64,000 bases of DNA from Moniliella sp. 'wahieum' (taxonomy: Eukaryota). Each line of letters begins with the position of its first letter. Positions within the stretch are counted from its first letter, which is position 1. Made by a program: the position numbers and the translations under genes. The stretch is from contig RSEE01000048.1 in assembly GCA_003971905.1 (NCBI GenBank), forward strand, positions 62,001-126,000. The letters run 5' to 3'. Below the pieces are notes generated by a model. The model saw only the letters and a list, made by a program, of their open reading frames with translations. It ran no database searches and was not told the origin of the DNA. This document shows positions 52,789 to 64,000 of the stretch, piece after piece.

Positions 52789-55700
52789 TTTCCGACAGCC
52801 AGAAAAGAAAGACGGAAGGACTTGAGGCGCGATGTTTGCACGCAGGTTGGCAGTAGTGCTTCGATGCGTCTACTACCACCGACGATATCGTTGTGGCGGT
52901 AGCTACAGTGTTTTTGTGGTCGCGGGTGCTGCACAGCGCAGGAACGTTGGTAGCGGGAGAGGTGACGATCAAAACAGGATGTGCGCGTAGGTGGCGATGT
53001 TATCAAGAGGGCTTGTCAGCTGATTACGCCACGACGGTCGCGGTTCGAAAATAACGCCAAAACATACAACACAGGCGATACCCCGCTACCTACCTATATG
53101 CCTGTTGCACCGTGGCTGCTGTGAGTGGGGCACTGCCCTAGTTAGAGGTTAGACTGGGCTGCGCGGCGCTCCACCTTGGTAAGCCCTTGCGTAGTAGACA
53201 CCGCTTGGCGCATTCCTCTGTTCTACTTACCCCCCACTTTCGCTCAACCCGTCACCTCGTCCTCGCCATCTGCTTCTGGTAGCTCAGACCGCGCCGACTG
53301 CCTGACGTATAGTGCGTCGCTTACACCCCTCTTACTCCATGCCATTGGAGCATGATGCATGATGCATGACCGCGAAAGCGATAATAGCCCTCCTAATAGA
53401 GATTCAAATGTTAATAACATGCGTCATGTATGCGCCCCCTCTCCTCCCCTCCCCAAGCCTTCTGAGGTCTCGGGGTAGCGTTGTGTAGAGTTAGGACTCA
53501 GTTAAGATGCCCCTACTACTATTGGGTTGGGTCATGACTGTAGTAACTGTTGGAGTTGGGATTCTTCCATGATTCTTCCATCGTTTTTTATAAAAGTCCG
53601 GCCACACACCTTTACAGTACAGTGTACTGACCTGGCCGAACAAAACGGACACGACAACGCCCGCACGAGGCTGATTTGAGGCGATCAACTCTCATGCGTT
53701 GATTGGCAGTTTCCGGTGCGACCTGACCGCAGGCCCCTAGCTGAACTAGTGATGATCTCGAATATAACTGGCTTGTCTAATTTCTCTCCTCACCATCTTG
53801 TCATATACGAATGGTTATACATCACGATCTCATGGGAAGGTATCGGGAGGGCGTGTGGTAGAGTTCTTTTGATGAAGACTTAGTTCTCTCTGCCCCCCTC
53901 TCAATAATGCGGGGGAGCGATCGCTTGTGGAGATGAGTTGATTTACGCTGCGCCAGTTCTCCAAAGGCGCTAGCATCGTTGAGATGCAGTTGAACCTCGT
54001 CATACGGCCTCAACGCACTCTCGCCTCCATCATACTGTGGGACCCGGCGTATTGTACGGATGCATAGTCGAGCTCATGGGATCTGCAACGAGGGAAAAGG
54101 ATGATGTATATCTGAGAGGTTCAGCCCGTTCAGCAACCACGCTCTCCCTACTCTGACGTTCGCCAATCTGACACTTCTTCACAACCGGACGCCGCCGCGT
54201 GCCATCAGATCCATGCAAAAAACTGTCTTAATGGTTTCGCCCCGTGCATCTCCTTTCACTGGAACCGTGGTGTTCCGGGGGCGGTACAGTTTTCTCGGTG
54301 TATATAGAGCCCCGCATTGCGTATGCCTCTGATCGAAATACACTTCACACTACTACTGTTAAGCTAGTGGGGGAGAATCAGTGGGTGATTTGAATCCATT
54401 CTGCGCGAATCCTTTGCGGACGGCCATCACATGGTATAGCACGGGAACACTGCGATCCATTTTGTATACAGGACCCAACAGTCTTGATGGAGACCTCTTA
54501 GTCTGCTGTGAAAACAGCCTGTGGGCAGCAGTATAAAATGCTCCTACCTCCTGTTGGTATATACCTTTCTTGATCTCTTCAGGACGATATATATACGCAG
54601 CCCTCTCTAAGGATTGTTCTGGTTATAGTCTTGGTCGCGCACCCTGTGTTTCCTACCGACCGACAAAAGCTTGTCCAACATCAGTCAGTGACACGTCCAC
54701 CTTCTTCCTTTGATCGCCCTCTCTTCGAATTCTTCACTCTCTCTCACTCACATGAATCGAAAATTAGCCGTCTGTTATTATACACTTCAGACCGTCGACA
54801 CCTGAAGTAGCAGCACTTATCGCCTTTTTCAATTACATGAGCAGCTCCCCCACAGTACGACTATTACAGCGGCAATCATGGTAACAGTATGGCCATTATG
54901 GACTCCTTCAAGGAGCCGTGGCCAACGTACACGTTGGTCCGTTTTCGTAGGCCATGAGGTGCTGCTGCGCAGACACAGACCCCAAACTAATAATATAGAA
55001 GGTGTCTTTTCCTCCGTCAGGCTCTATGCACTCGCTCGGCTTTTCGGGTGGGATCTGAAGCAAAAGGTATACTGTGCGTGACTCCGATTGGCCGTCCAAG
55101 ACTTTATATATACCCCCGGCCTAAACTGTAGGATAACGTCTCCCGTCTCCGTCCCCGCCCCTTTTTTTTTGGGGGGGGGAGGGCAGTGATAACCCCACCA
55201 CCGTGGGTTGCCTTTTACAACTGATGGGACATCATTGATAGCATCCCTCTCCAGCAAACCCAATGTTCGATGAGGTCGATGAGGCGGTCCTTCCTTCACC
55301 CCTTTCTGCTCTTCCATTTTGCAGAGCGTTGAGGGTCAACTTTTTGGAGAATCGAATCTGTGGGCTGCGGGGTAGTTGGACGCCGGTGACGCCAGTGACT
55401 GTATACCGCTTTTGGCGGCGCCATCACCTGCATCACCATCACCAAAGTTAGAAAACGGAGACGAACGTGCAACACCATTAGCTGTGATGAGACCTTGGAT
55501 CGGAACAGGCCGGCATATAAGAAAGTATGAACAGATGTTGCCCCCATTGCGGCACCTCATCAGCTCCAGTCTTGTATTACTCGCGTTGAATCAGGTCCGG
55601 GACGCTCCAGCAAGTCTAAGATCTAAAATGGTCCAACCTCGAGGCACCTGCCACATGTTCTCTTTAACGATCTGGCTTTGAGGGTTAGGGGAAATATACT

Positions 55701-55815
55701 AGTACAGCGAGCAGATAGATCGATGGTGGAGGGTAGGCGATGCGGGCTTCTGGTGATACATGGGACACGTGTTATGAGTAGTTCTCCACAGGGGATTGCC
55801 ATCGGCCTTAATCCT

Positions 55816-56070
55816 AGAGTACGACTCGGGAGCACTCGACGATCCTATATGGATCAGCTACAAGGAAGCTTTCAGACAAGGCGTCAATACAAATTGGTGA
55901 GCCACCAGTCTTCAAGCAACGTCTGAAGGAAGTGGCACGTGACAGGAGGGACGGGAGATGATCGATGAAGCGAGGATCAGGGGGTGCGCGCGGAACTCTT
56001 CCGCCAGGCTAGGCGAGCGTCACCGATCAACTGAGGGCCGTGGTGCAGGGGGACCCTAGCACACTACCCT
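55816..56070 (+). mobile_element. Degenerate internal fragment of the family-2 element
   Basis: Aligns by eye to the reverse complement of about 15560-15805 (TTCAGACAAGGCGT..GGTGAGCCAC.AGTCTTCAAGCA; GAGCGTCACCGATC..GAGGGCCGTG). Confidence 0.75.
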
Positions 56071-56312
56071 GTATCACTTAGGCCTTCGGAGAAATATTCG
56101 CTCCCACAGATTTCGAGCGACTGGAATCCCATGGAGGATGAAGTGGAAACCACATCATCAAAGACGGTTTTTAACAAACCACCACAACGATCGGTGTTCG
56201 TTTGCGATGTCGGCGTCTAAAAGAGGGCGTCCAACGTCCAACTCCAACGTCCAACGCACAACGTTTTCTCAGATGTCAGATGCCAGATGCCAGAGATAGT
56301 CAACGTCTCCAC

Positions 56313-56363
56313 GATGTCAGCGTCTCAAAGATGTCAGCGTCTCAAAGATGTCAGCGTCTCAAC
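56313..56363. repeat. 17-bp tandem repeat GATGTCAGCGTCTCAAA x3
   Basis: Units at 56313, 56330 and 56347, plus a degenerate unit upstream. Confidence 0.9.
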
Positions 56364-57390
56364 GATCTCAACGTGTGTCCAACTGAGGTGCATTTGACAG
56401 GTGCCAGGAGAAGCTATTTTTTACTGCGCGTGTGTTTTGATTAAGGGTCCTGTGGAGGAAAAAGAGTCCTGCCGCAGCGCAGCGCGCTTGGGTGGTTGCG
56501 TGGCATGGGCGGAGTGCGTTGGGTGCCGGGGAAGCAATGCGCGCTCCGATGTGCTGACCGCACGGCAGAACCACTCGAACCCCTTTTTAAGGGCCTACTA
56601 TATAAGGCCTAAGACCTAAGGCCTTTTACTTGATTACGGGTCTACTATGCGCGCAATGCACAATGGATAGCCGGCTGCGGGTGGGGTGGGTGGGTGTTGG
56701 CCACTGGTACACTGCCGGATGTGCTTGGGGCCCGAGCCGGACGAAGCGACTGGTGACTGGTGACCGGTGACCGGTGAGTACAAGTAGATTGAGTTGAATT
56801 CGGACATCTGGGTGGGAACTTTTGGGCTCAGCCTCGCGCTGAGGCAGCGCTGCGCCACAGTGCCGACGAGTGTGCCAGGGCAGTGCCCGGCAGTGCCTCG
56901 CACTGGCTCGGCGCAACAGCAGAGGCGCTGCTGCGCTCTGCGGCGCCCCTGTCCCTGCGTCAGGCACTTGGCAGCGGCAGCAGCCAGCGCTGCGTATGGT
57001 GCGTATGGCGCGTATGCCTGCGGTGCTTTGGTGTGCGCCGCCCGCCTCCTTTTCTCAGAACGGGGTTCTGCGTTCTGCCAGGCGAGCATCCCATGTGGTG
57101 CAGCCGTCGCACCCACCACGGAGTACTGATGCATGACGCGCCTGCATCCGGCCGCTGTGCACTCCCAAGGCCAACGCCTCGGCAGCGCTAAGATCCCCGA
57201 TCTAAGATCCTAAGCCCTAACCGCCGGTACCCGGAAGCGCTCCCACCGTGTCACCGGCATCACCGCATCACCGGCGGTGCTGTGCATCCCGCAGCATTGA
57301 TTCTGCCCGCCGGGAATTGGCCATCGTCCCCCTCCCCTCCCCCTCCTCCTCTCCCTCCCCCCCTCCTTCTCCTCTGCCGCTGGTCTGGAC

Positions 57391-59878
57391 ATGTCCACCG
57401 ATGCAGGCGCCGCACCCGCCCACCCGGCCCAGCCGCTCCTTCGCTCCTTCCCTTTCTCCCCGCGCAACGTCGCCACCGCCGCATCTGCTCTAGGCCGCGC
57501 CTCGGCAGGCGCAGCGCACGAACCGACTCTAGCATTTTCGACTGGCCCGGCGCCTGCGCACTCCTCCCGACGCCTGCCAGCCCTAGCATCGGTCGGGAGG
57601 TCCTCCTTCCAGTCTGCGCCGCAACCGGTCGTCGGCATCTGGCCAGAGCAGCCGGTGCGCATCCAGTCTTCTTTCTCGTCGTACGATCGAATCAACGACC
57701 ATGTCAAGTAACAGTGCTAGTGCCTATGCTGATGAAGGACTGGCTGACAGCGACTACGCGGGTTGGTCCAACACGACCCCAGTCTCTCCGCCGACTCTGC
57801 CTCCAGCCACCTATGTGGAGGATGAGCCGAGAAGTACGGCCGACGCAGCTCCGGAACATTGACCAGCAATCAAGGGGACACGCATTCCTGCACCGGCTTG
57901 CCACTGGACACTCGTTCAGCTCAGACCCCGACCCCACCCCCGGGGGGCCCACTAGAGCACGTCCCAGATGCACCCCACTGTCGGGCATAGGATGGAAAAG
58001 TACTCAGCAGCTTGCGCCGCGTGCCTCATCTAGGCTTGCTGACATGTGCACTCGTCCCCGTCACCCTCCGTCCGTGCAAGTACCTAGTCGCAGGCCACCG
58101 CTGAATCCCCTCACTATCTTCACTCAGTCAATGCTCAGGATGATTTGGCGCACGTTACCACCCATTTGAGCGCATGCGGAGCCGGATGTGAAGCACCCAT
58201 GCTCCAAGCACAACTGGTTGCGTTACACTACAAACACGCACAAATGGCGCGTGCGTTTGCCGAGAGGGGAGCTGCAATCGCCCTGCTCAAGGGAGCTGGC
58301 TGAAGCCAAGGCCCACTTAGGTGCGGCTGAGGCTAGCGCCAAGACCTATGCGGACATTGCGAAGGATGCTTACATGGTATGTGCCATCCAAGTCTTGGGT
58401 TGGGAAGCAGCGACTGACCCCGTTCCATTATGTTAGGCTGGATATGACGAGTTGGCTCAACAACATTCCAGCTCGCTAGCTCCCCTGCCCTCTCAACCCC
58501 AATATCACTCTCAACCTGAGGCAAAAGCCGATTTCGCACGGCCGCCTTCTCCCTCACTGCGTGGCCAGTTACAGCCACTCACACCCCCCGAGGAACCCAA
58601 ACATGGTGGATTCGGTCCAGTACGACAGCACCGTTGATGCGAGCTCGCCTAGATCGCTTCATTCAACATGAGGATCAGCCTCGTTCTGTCACCGCTCCTC
58701 ATGTCCCCTCGAAACGAATTGGCAGCCTACTAACATTGAGCCAACGCACCGTGCTTCCGTCCTGTCATACACCTCACTGTATCCTGAAAGGGCGGGGGCA
58801 TCGGCTCATTGGGCGAAGGGCACCTTGTCCAGCGCAACAATGATGATCGATCATTGTCTCCCAGCCCGCGCGACAGTCACAAGAGACGGTCTCTGATCCC
58901 TCCGAAGCCACCTCGTCCAGCTGAGCTCCCATTGGGTTCATCCCCCTTCGATCAAGCTCTACTCGCTCTTGATGAGGTTGCAACACTTCCTGGGTCCGTG
59001 GGATCTCATGCTCAACGTTCCGTTCCATCCTCTCTTCGCTGGGATGGGTCTGGACCACAATCCCACCTTGGGCTCGAGACCGGAGAATCTCCCTTGGAAC
59101 CGCAAAATTTATCTCCTTCTTGCGTGTCCACTGGGACTGCGACACGCCCTGTTCCCGGTGAAGCGCAGGGATTCGCTATGCCTGCATCGTCCGGACGTAG
59201 CACCAGACGAGGCAGTCGCCATACCACCATTCCTTCCCTTGGTGGAGTCCGGCCGGCAAGTGCGCATACTTCCACCACGGGTGGGTACCACTCCATCCCT
59301 ACCCGCACCATGGACTTGTTTGCTCCCAGTCCGCTCTTTCCAGCCAAGCCAAGCACATCACCGTTAGAACCCCTCCATTTCGCCCTCCTCGCCCTTACAG
59401 GGTGAGGTTTTATCGTATGGAGAAGCCGAAGGACCAAAGGAGGGCAGTTCTATGCATTTACCTCGCGGCGGCGGCCAGCCTGAGTTATACGCGATGTGCC
59501 TCCCAGCCCGGAGCAGCTAAAGCGCGAGACCGCCGCTGCACTTCGTTCCAGCCCAGACATTGAGGAGGAGGACAGATCCCCTAACCAAGGCCCTCTCCTT
59601 TGTCTACAGGCCAAGGCGGCGTTGCAGTGCATCGCGACCTGTACCAGCGTCTTGCTGCAGAGCTTTCATGGGCGGACCTGGAACATTTTGAGGTGCTTGT
59701 ACACGGGTTTGACCATGCTCTTCTTCCTCTGGAGGTGCCCACGGCCTCTTGGCGCGAGTCCGCCAACTTTTTGGGCCCTCCACCTGCCGGAGGGACTGTA
59801 GCCGCACCTCAAAAGTACGCACTCCGACTAGCGCTGGCTACCCAATTCGAGGCAGCCTGCCGCAGTGTGCAGGTGTGA
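57391..59878 (+). CDS. Hypothetical protein with coiled-coil segment and S/P-rich linker
   Basis: Run of plus-strand protein-like ORFs (MSTDAGAAPA.., ELAEAKAHLGAAEASAKTYADIAKDAY, YQRLAAELSWADLEHFEVLV) with probable introns; no family recognised. Confidence 0.5.
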
Positions 59879-60372
59879 ATCTCCCCCTCAAGAATCAGCC
59901 TACTACCGCCTAGCTTTCTTGTATATATACCAACATTATCGCCTCGGCCAATCACTTTTGATCAACGCTCTGTCTACCACGACCGTATATGACTTTCGCG
60001 CTGTGCGCTGTTCATCCCCCGCCTGCACTTATCTACTCTCTCCCTATATCCTGCGCTTGATACCATTTCCCAAGACTCTTTCGATGGCAAGCTCCCAAGT
60101 GTTAATGCTCTTCTTCCAAACTTTTGCGCGACGAGGAATCTTTCACCTCCCTTGGAAATCGCCTTATCCCCTAGTCCTTTCACTACCCAAGGGCAGGCAC
60201 TACTATTCTGCTTGTTATTTCTTTACACCTTCGTGTATACACTTCCAGATACCATAAGCATGCAATGACATGGATGGCTTCGCATCACAATGATCAGTGC
60301 TATACAAGTTGGGAGGGCAGAGTCAAGCCCCCGACTTCGTCCCATATTCTTCTTGTGCTCATTTTGGCGCCT

Positions 60373-61390
60373 TCACTTGCCCTGGTATCGAGGCAATCGC
60401 TTTTCTTTGAAGGCACGCAAACCTTCGATCCGATCTTCTGTCGAGAGAAGCGGCTCATATTCCGCCTCCCAAGCCAAGGCTTGCTCCAAGCTGCGCTCGC
60501 GTCCATACAATATGGACCGTTTTGCCGCACGGACAGCGATGGGTGCATTGGAGGCCATTTCGGATGCGAGCTGGAGAGCAGCTTGGTAGGCAGGTTTTTT
60601 CCTGTGTCAGCATCCTCTCCCGTGGTCGGAGACGCCAATACGTCCAGAATGCCACGAGCGTGGGCCTGCTCGGCCGTCAAGGTCCGTGCTGCGAGGATGA
60701 GAGTAAGGAGGTACCGACGGAGGTGATGCGGGGCAGACGGGCGGTGCCCCCAGCCCCTGGGATAATGCCACGGGCCGTTTCGGGAAGACCAAGGGGGGAT
60801 GCCAATCCCGATCCCACCCCATCCCCCGCCGCCAACTTTTCCAAGCCTCCCCCCAGCGCGGCCCCATCCAGCGCAGCAATGACAGGGACCTCGAGGTGCG
60901 ATAGACCCGTGATAACGGCGCGCAAATCGTGAAGGAACGCTTGCGTTTCCTCGGGTGTCATGCCCGCCCGCTCCTTGAGATCGGCACCGGCACAAAATGC
61001 GCCTCCCTTACCTGCCAACACGAGCACCCTTGCTTTTCTGGACATCAGAAGTGGTTTTAACTTTTTAGCTCCAAAACGCGCAACGAGTTGTCCAATGGGA
61101 TAGAGACGGCACTTACTTGTCCTTCTTGACTTGGGCCAAGCTGGCGGTCAACTCGTCGAGCATCTGACGCGAGATGGCGTTCTTAGCCCGGGGACGGTTG
61201 AGGCTTAGAAGGCGAATGCCCGTGTCACTCTCTTCGGATGCCAACCGGGCGCCTTGGGGCATGTCGTCCGGTAGTAAATGTGTCAAGGTTGCATGGGGTT
61301 CAGACGAGGGCGCATGGTGAAACAACGCACCGTGTTGACCATGGCCGGGGCAGCGCGGCCTGGGCGGAGCAGGGCAAGAAGAGCGGGCAT
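60373..61390 (-). CDS. AUH: Mitochondrial methylglutaconyl-CoA hydratase (crotonase family)
   Basis: LSLNRPRAKNAIS; AFCAGADLKER; PVIAALDGAALGGGLE; GLPET..IIPGAGGTARLPR; TEDRIEGLRAFKEKRLPRYQGK; Arg-rich presequence; intron about 61049-61116. Confidence 0.88.
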
Positions 61391-61699
61391 GCTGGGGTTG
61401 GTGGTGTTGATGGAAAGCATCCGGCGAAGAAGATGCGGTATAAAGGTTCGCCCTGGTGGCCACCACGTACTTTGTAGCGCGGTTGGGGTAAACGTCTTTC
61501 GTACATGAAGCGGCATCCGGTAGCAACCGATTCCGGTCGTAACCATGCCATCACGTGAACACGTAACGCGCAACCCCACAACTGCGGGGAACCTTGTGAT
61601 CTCAAATATTGAAACCTGACGTCCGCCTTAGCCGTCTCCTGCGCTATCGAGGTTGTTATAGCCCCTTCCAGAAGAAGATGGTGCCAATAGTGTTTCCCA

Positions 61700-62299
61700 C
61701 TAGAAGACCACCGGGCCTACGGCCCGGTCAGCTGGGGCTTCGCCCCAGCTTGGTGTGCTTGGTGCTGCGTCGCCACCTTAGCCACCGTTCCACACGGTCC
61801 ACCTTAGCTACCGTTCCACCGGTCCACCTTCGCCACCGTAGCCACCGTTCCCCTTCGCCACCGTAGTCACCGTTCCACGCTGGAGAGGCGAATTTTATCA
61901 CCCATATGCATCGGCCTGGCTGCGGCTGCCTGGAACGTACCAGGTGGCATGCTGATGTACAATTTTACGCAGCGGGGGAAGAAAAACCGTTCCAGTTTTA
62001 TAACTACGGCACCAAGACAGCGGGCAAGTTTTTGCGCATTGGAAGGAGTTGGCTACCAAGTCTCAGTGGAAATGGTTCCTCGCTCGGATGTCAACCACGT
62101 TCATCCGTGTCCACACGCGCTTCCTAGGGTACGGGACCGTGGCGAGAGCCGGAGGTCCTGATATCCTGGCGATCCCCCTGGTTCCTTGACCTTAGTGCGC
62201 TTCCAAGTAACCCCACAAGATGAACGGTTCGGTTTAGACGTAGCGTTCCCCCTGTCCCAGGATTAAGCTCTGTCAATGATATGAATTCAAGAAGGGAGA
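61700..62299 (-). mobile_element. Non-autonomous Helitron, family 1 (copy F), with a retrotransposon inserted at its 5' end
   Basis: 3' CCGGGCC-GTA-GGCCCGG-TGGTCTT-CTAG|T; subterminal repeats; 5' A|TCTCCCTTCTT. Confidence 0.8.
62003..62288 (+). mobile_element. Severely 5'-truncated copy of the same CRE-clade retrotransposon
   Basis: Near-identical to about 14295-14584 (ORF end plus 3' UTR, ending GATATGAATTC). Confidence 0.85.
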
Positions 62300-62805
62300 T
62301 ACACAGCTCGTAAAGTCAGTCGTGCGAGTAATTTTCAAATAGTCTTGTGCAAATAATATATGAGACTCCAAACCGTGGGGGTGGTGAGAGGTCGTTATAG
62401 ACCACAGGGAGCAGGCAACAGTTGTTGGTAGTGTATTGCATTGCACATGAGCTACAGAGAGGCTAGAGAATATTCCTGCCCGCCAGGAAGGAATATTGTA
62501 AGGAATGAACCGAAGGTTCCGGACTTGGGCTACCGGCACCACTACACCAGTGTGGCGTCACATGCGTCACAGAGGTACTGCTTACATCACAGCGGTACTC
62601 TTTTTGCTATGGAAACCAGTGGCTCTCATTCCATATAACGAAAGAGGCATCGCTAATGAGATGTATGAAGCGACAGAAGTTACGAACCATCATTGCCAAT
62701 TCCTCTGCATGTGCTAATGGATTTTGGTCGATGAGGACAGCTTTAGGACATTATCCATCCGCACAGACATATAGAACCCCAATGTTAGATGCACTTCACA
62801 GTGTT

Positions 62806-63620
62806 TTATACACCATCTTGTTCAACCGTGCGGGATTTATTCTCTGTCCGGACAGGGATGCGTGCTCCTTGCTGTGCCAGCTTGCGAGCCAAGGGTGTGG
62901 TTGGACACTGACCAGGGAACAGACGGGGCGGGTAGCACTCTGTGTCAAAACCATGAACATGCCTGGTCAGCGTGAAACATAGGGTCATATGATAGCGCGA
63001 AGTGTGTAGAAGGCCATGCCCTTTCAACATGCGAAAGATAATATAGAAGTGAAGAAATCGGAGAGAAGCGTAAAGCGTACCGAACTCGGGAGTGTACATT
63101 GTCGTCACAAGGGGCGACACCCCTTCATAAGCAGACCCGTTATCGTTCAGGGCAGAGAGGGAGAGCAACAGCCTGTATCTTCCCTCCTCACGAACGCTCA
63201 GGTCGGGTAGAATGAAGAAAATGTCGAGATTGTCGTCCACGTCTTGACACAAGTAAGCGGAACTCACGGGGGTGCCCAATAGGTTGCGGATGCGGAAGTG
63301 ATTATGGTTATTATTGCTCGTAGAGTCTGAGACCAAAGGGACGGCAGCATGGCGGGAGGTGTTGCCATCGGGAGCACGTTCATGTTCCCCATCAATCGAA
63401 TTCCTCGGGAGCGTCGTGAGAGCACGCGAGGAAACTCCAACAGAATTGGAGTGCACAACAGAATGGACCCCATCCGTTAGGCCATCATGCCCTCTTGAGC
63501 CTTTGTCATGGGAGGGACACTTATTCTTACTCCCGATTGTTCGGCGTCCGGGGAAGTTTGTGTCCAATCATAGTGCCCATTGATGATGACTCTCTTCTTC
63601 CCGTCTGAATGGTCCATGGT
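62806..63620 (-). CDS. Velvet-domain protein (5' exons unresolved)
   Basis: RNLLGTPVSSAY..DIFFILPDLSVREEGRYRLLLSL..TPEF, intron about 62969-63080, then YPPRLFPGQCPTTPLARKLAQQGARIPVR. Confidence 0.9.
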
Positions 63621-64000
63621 ATCATCCACGCAATGATATCAATTGTCAGTGCTACATGTCGACGTGAAGTGATGAACAGCTATTGAGAGAGTGCCTCAAA
63701 CAAGACTTAACATAAGACGTACCTTCTTCGTTTCGTTGTAATGTGAGCAGCGTGGCCGACGTTAGGCGATCTCCATCGACCAGCTCAGCCGACAAGGTCA
63801 AGAAGGACGTGTCGAATTGGCTAATGAAAAAAGTTAGAGTGTGAAGGAAAAAAAGTTAGATAGACCGTGTTCCACACTGTACTGTACCTTGGCTCGATCT
63901 TCATCCGCGTGCTTTCATCGTACATGCACATTCGAACAATGGTAACGGGAGATAGAGGTCGTCGGTCCTGTGTAGAGAAAGAAATTATTGGTTAGGTTAA

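Noticed and set aside
53400..55800. Short ORFs as small secreted or effector genes
   Set aside because: No clear signal peptide or consistent exon chain.

Overview
Fungal (basidiomycete, probably Ustilaginomycotina; inferred from short GT..CTGAC..AG introns and protein similarity) genomic DNA with many indel errors that break real genes into pieces. About 17 protein-coding genes can be read: a CBM21 PP1-targeting subunit, UTP15, CBC2, an MFS transporter, a Zn2Cys6 factor, synaptojanin, SYG1, RPL36, PIS1, SEC28, CLC1, methylglutaconyl-CoA hydratase, a velvet factor and several hypotheticals. At 11.1-16.6 kb is a nest of non-autonomous Helitrons from two families, with another copy at 61.7-62.3 kb. 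Three things stand out. (1) Both CTAG-ended Helitrons carry a differently 5'-truncated copy of the same CRE-clade (RLE) non-LTR retrotransposon, inserted 10-11 nt inside the Helitron 5' terminus, suggesting a Helitron-end-targeting retroelement. (2) A 145-bp TG..CA solo LTR containing a tRNA-like Pol III cassette is inserted in another Helitron. (3) A 7-bp-period 'TGA + palindromic 4-mer' array recurs upstream of most genes and also fills a deletion junction inside one Helitron. Gene boundaries are approximate because of frameshifts.
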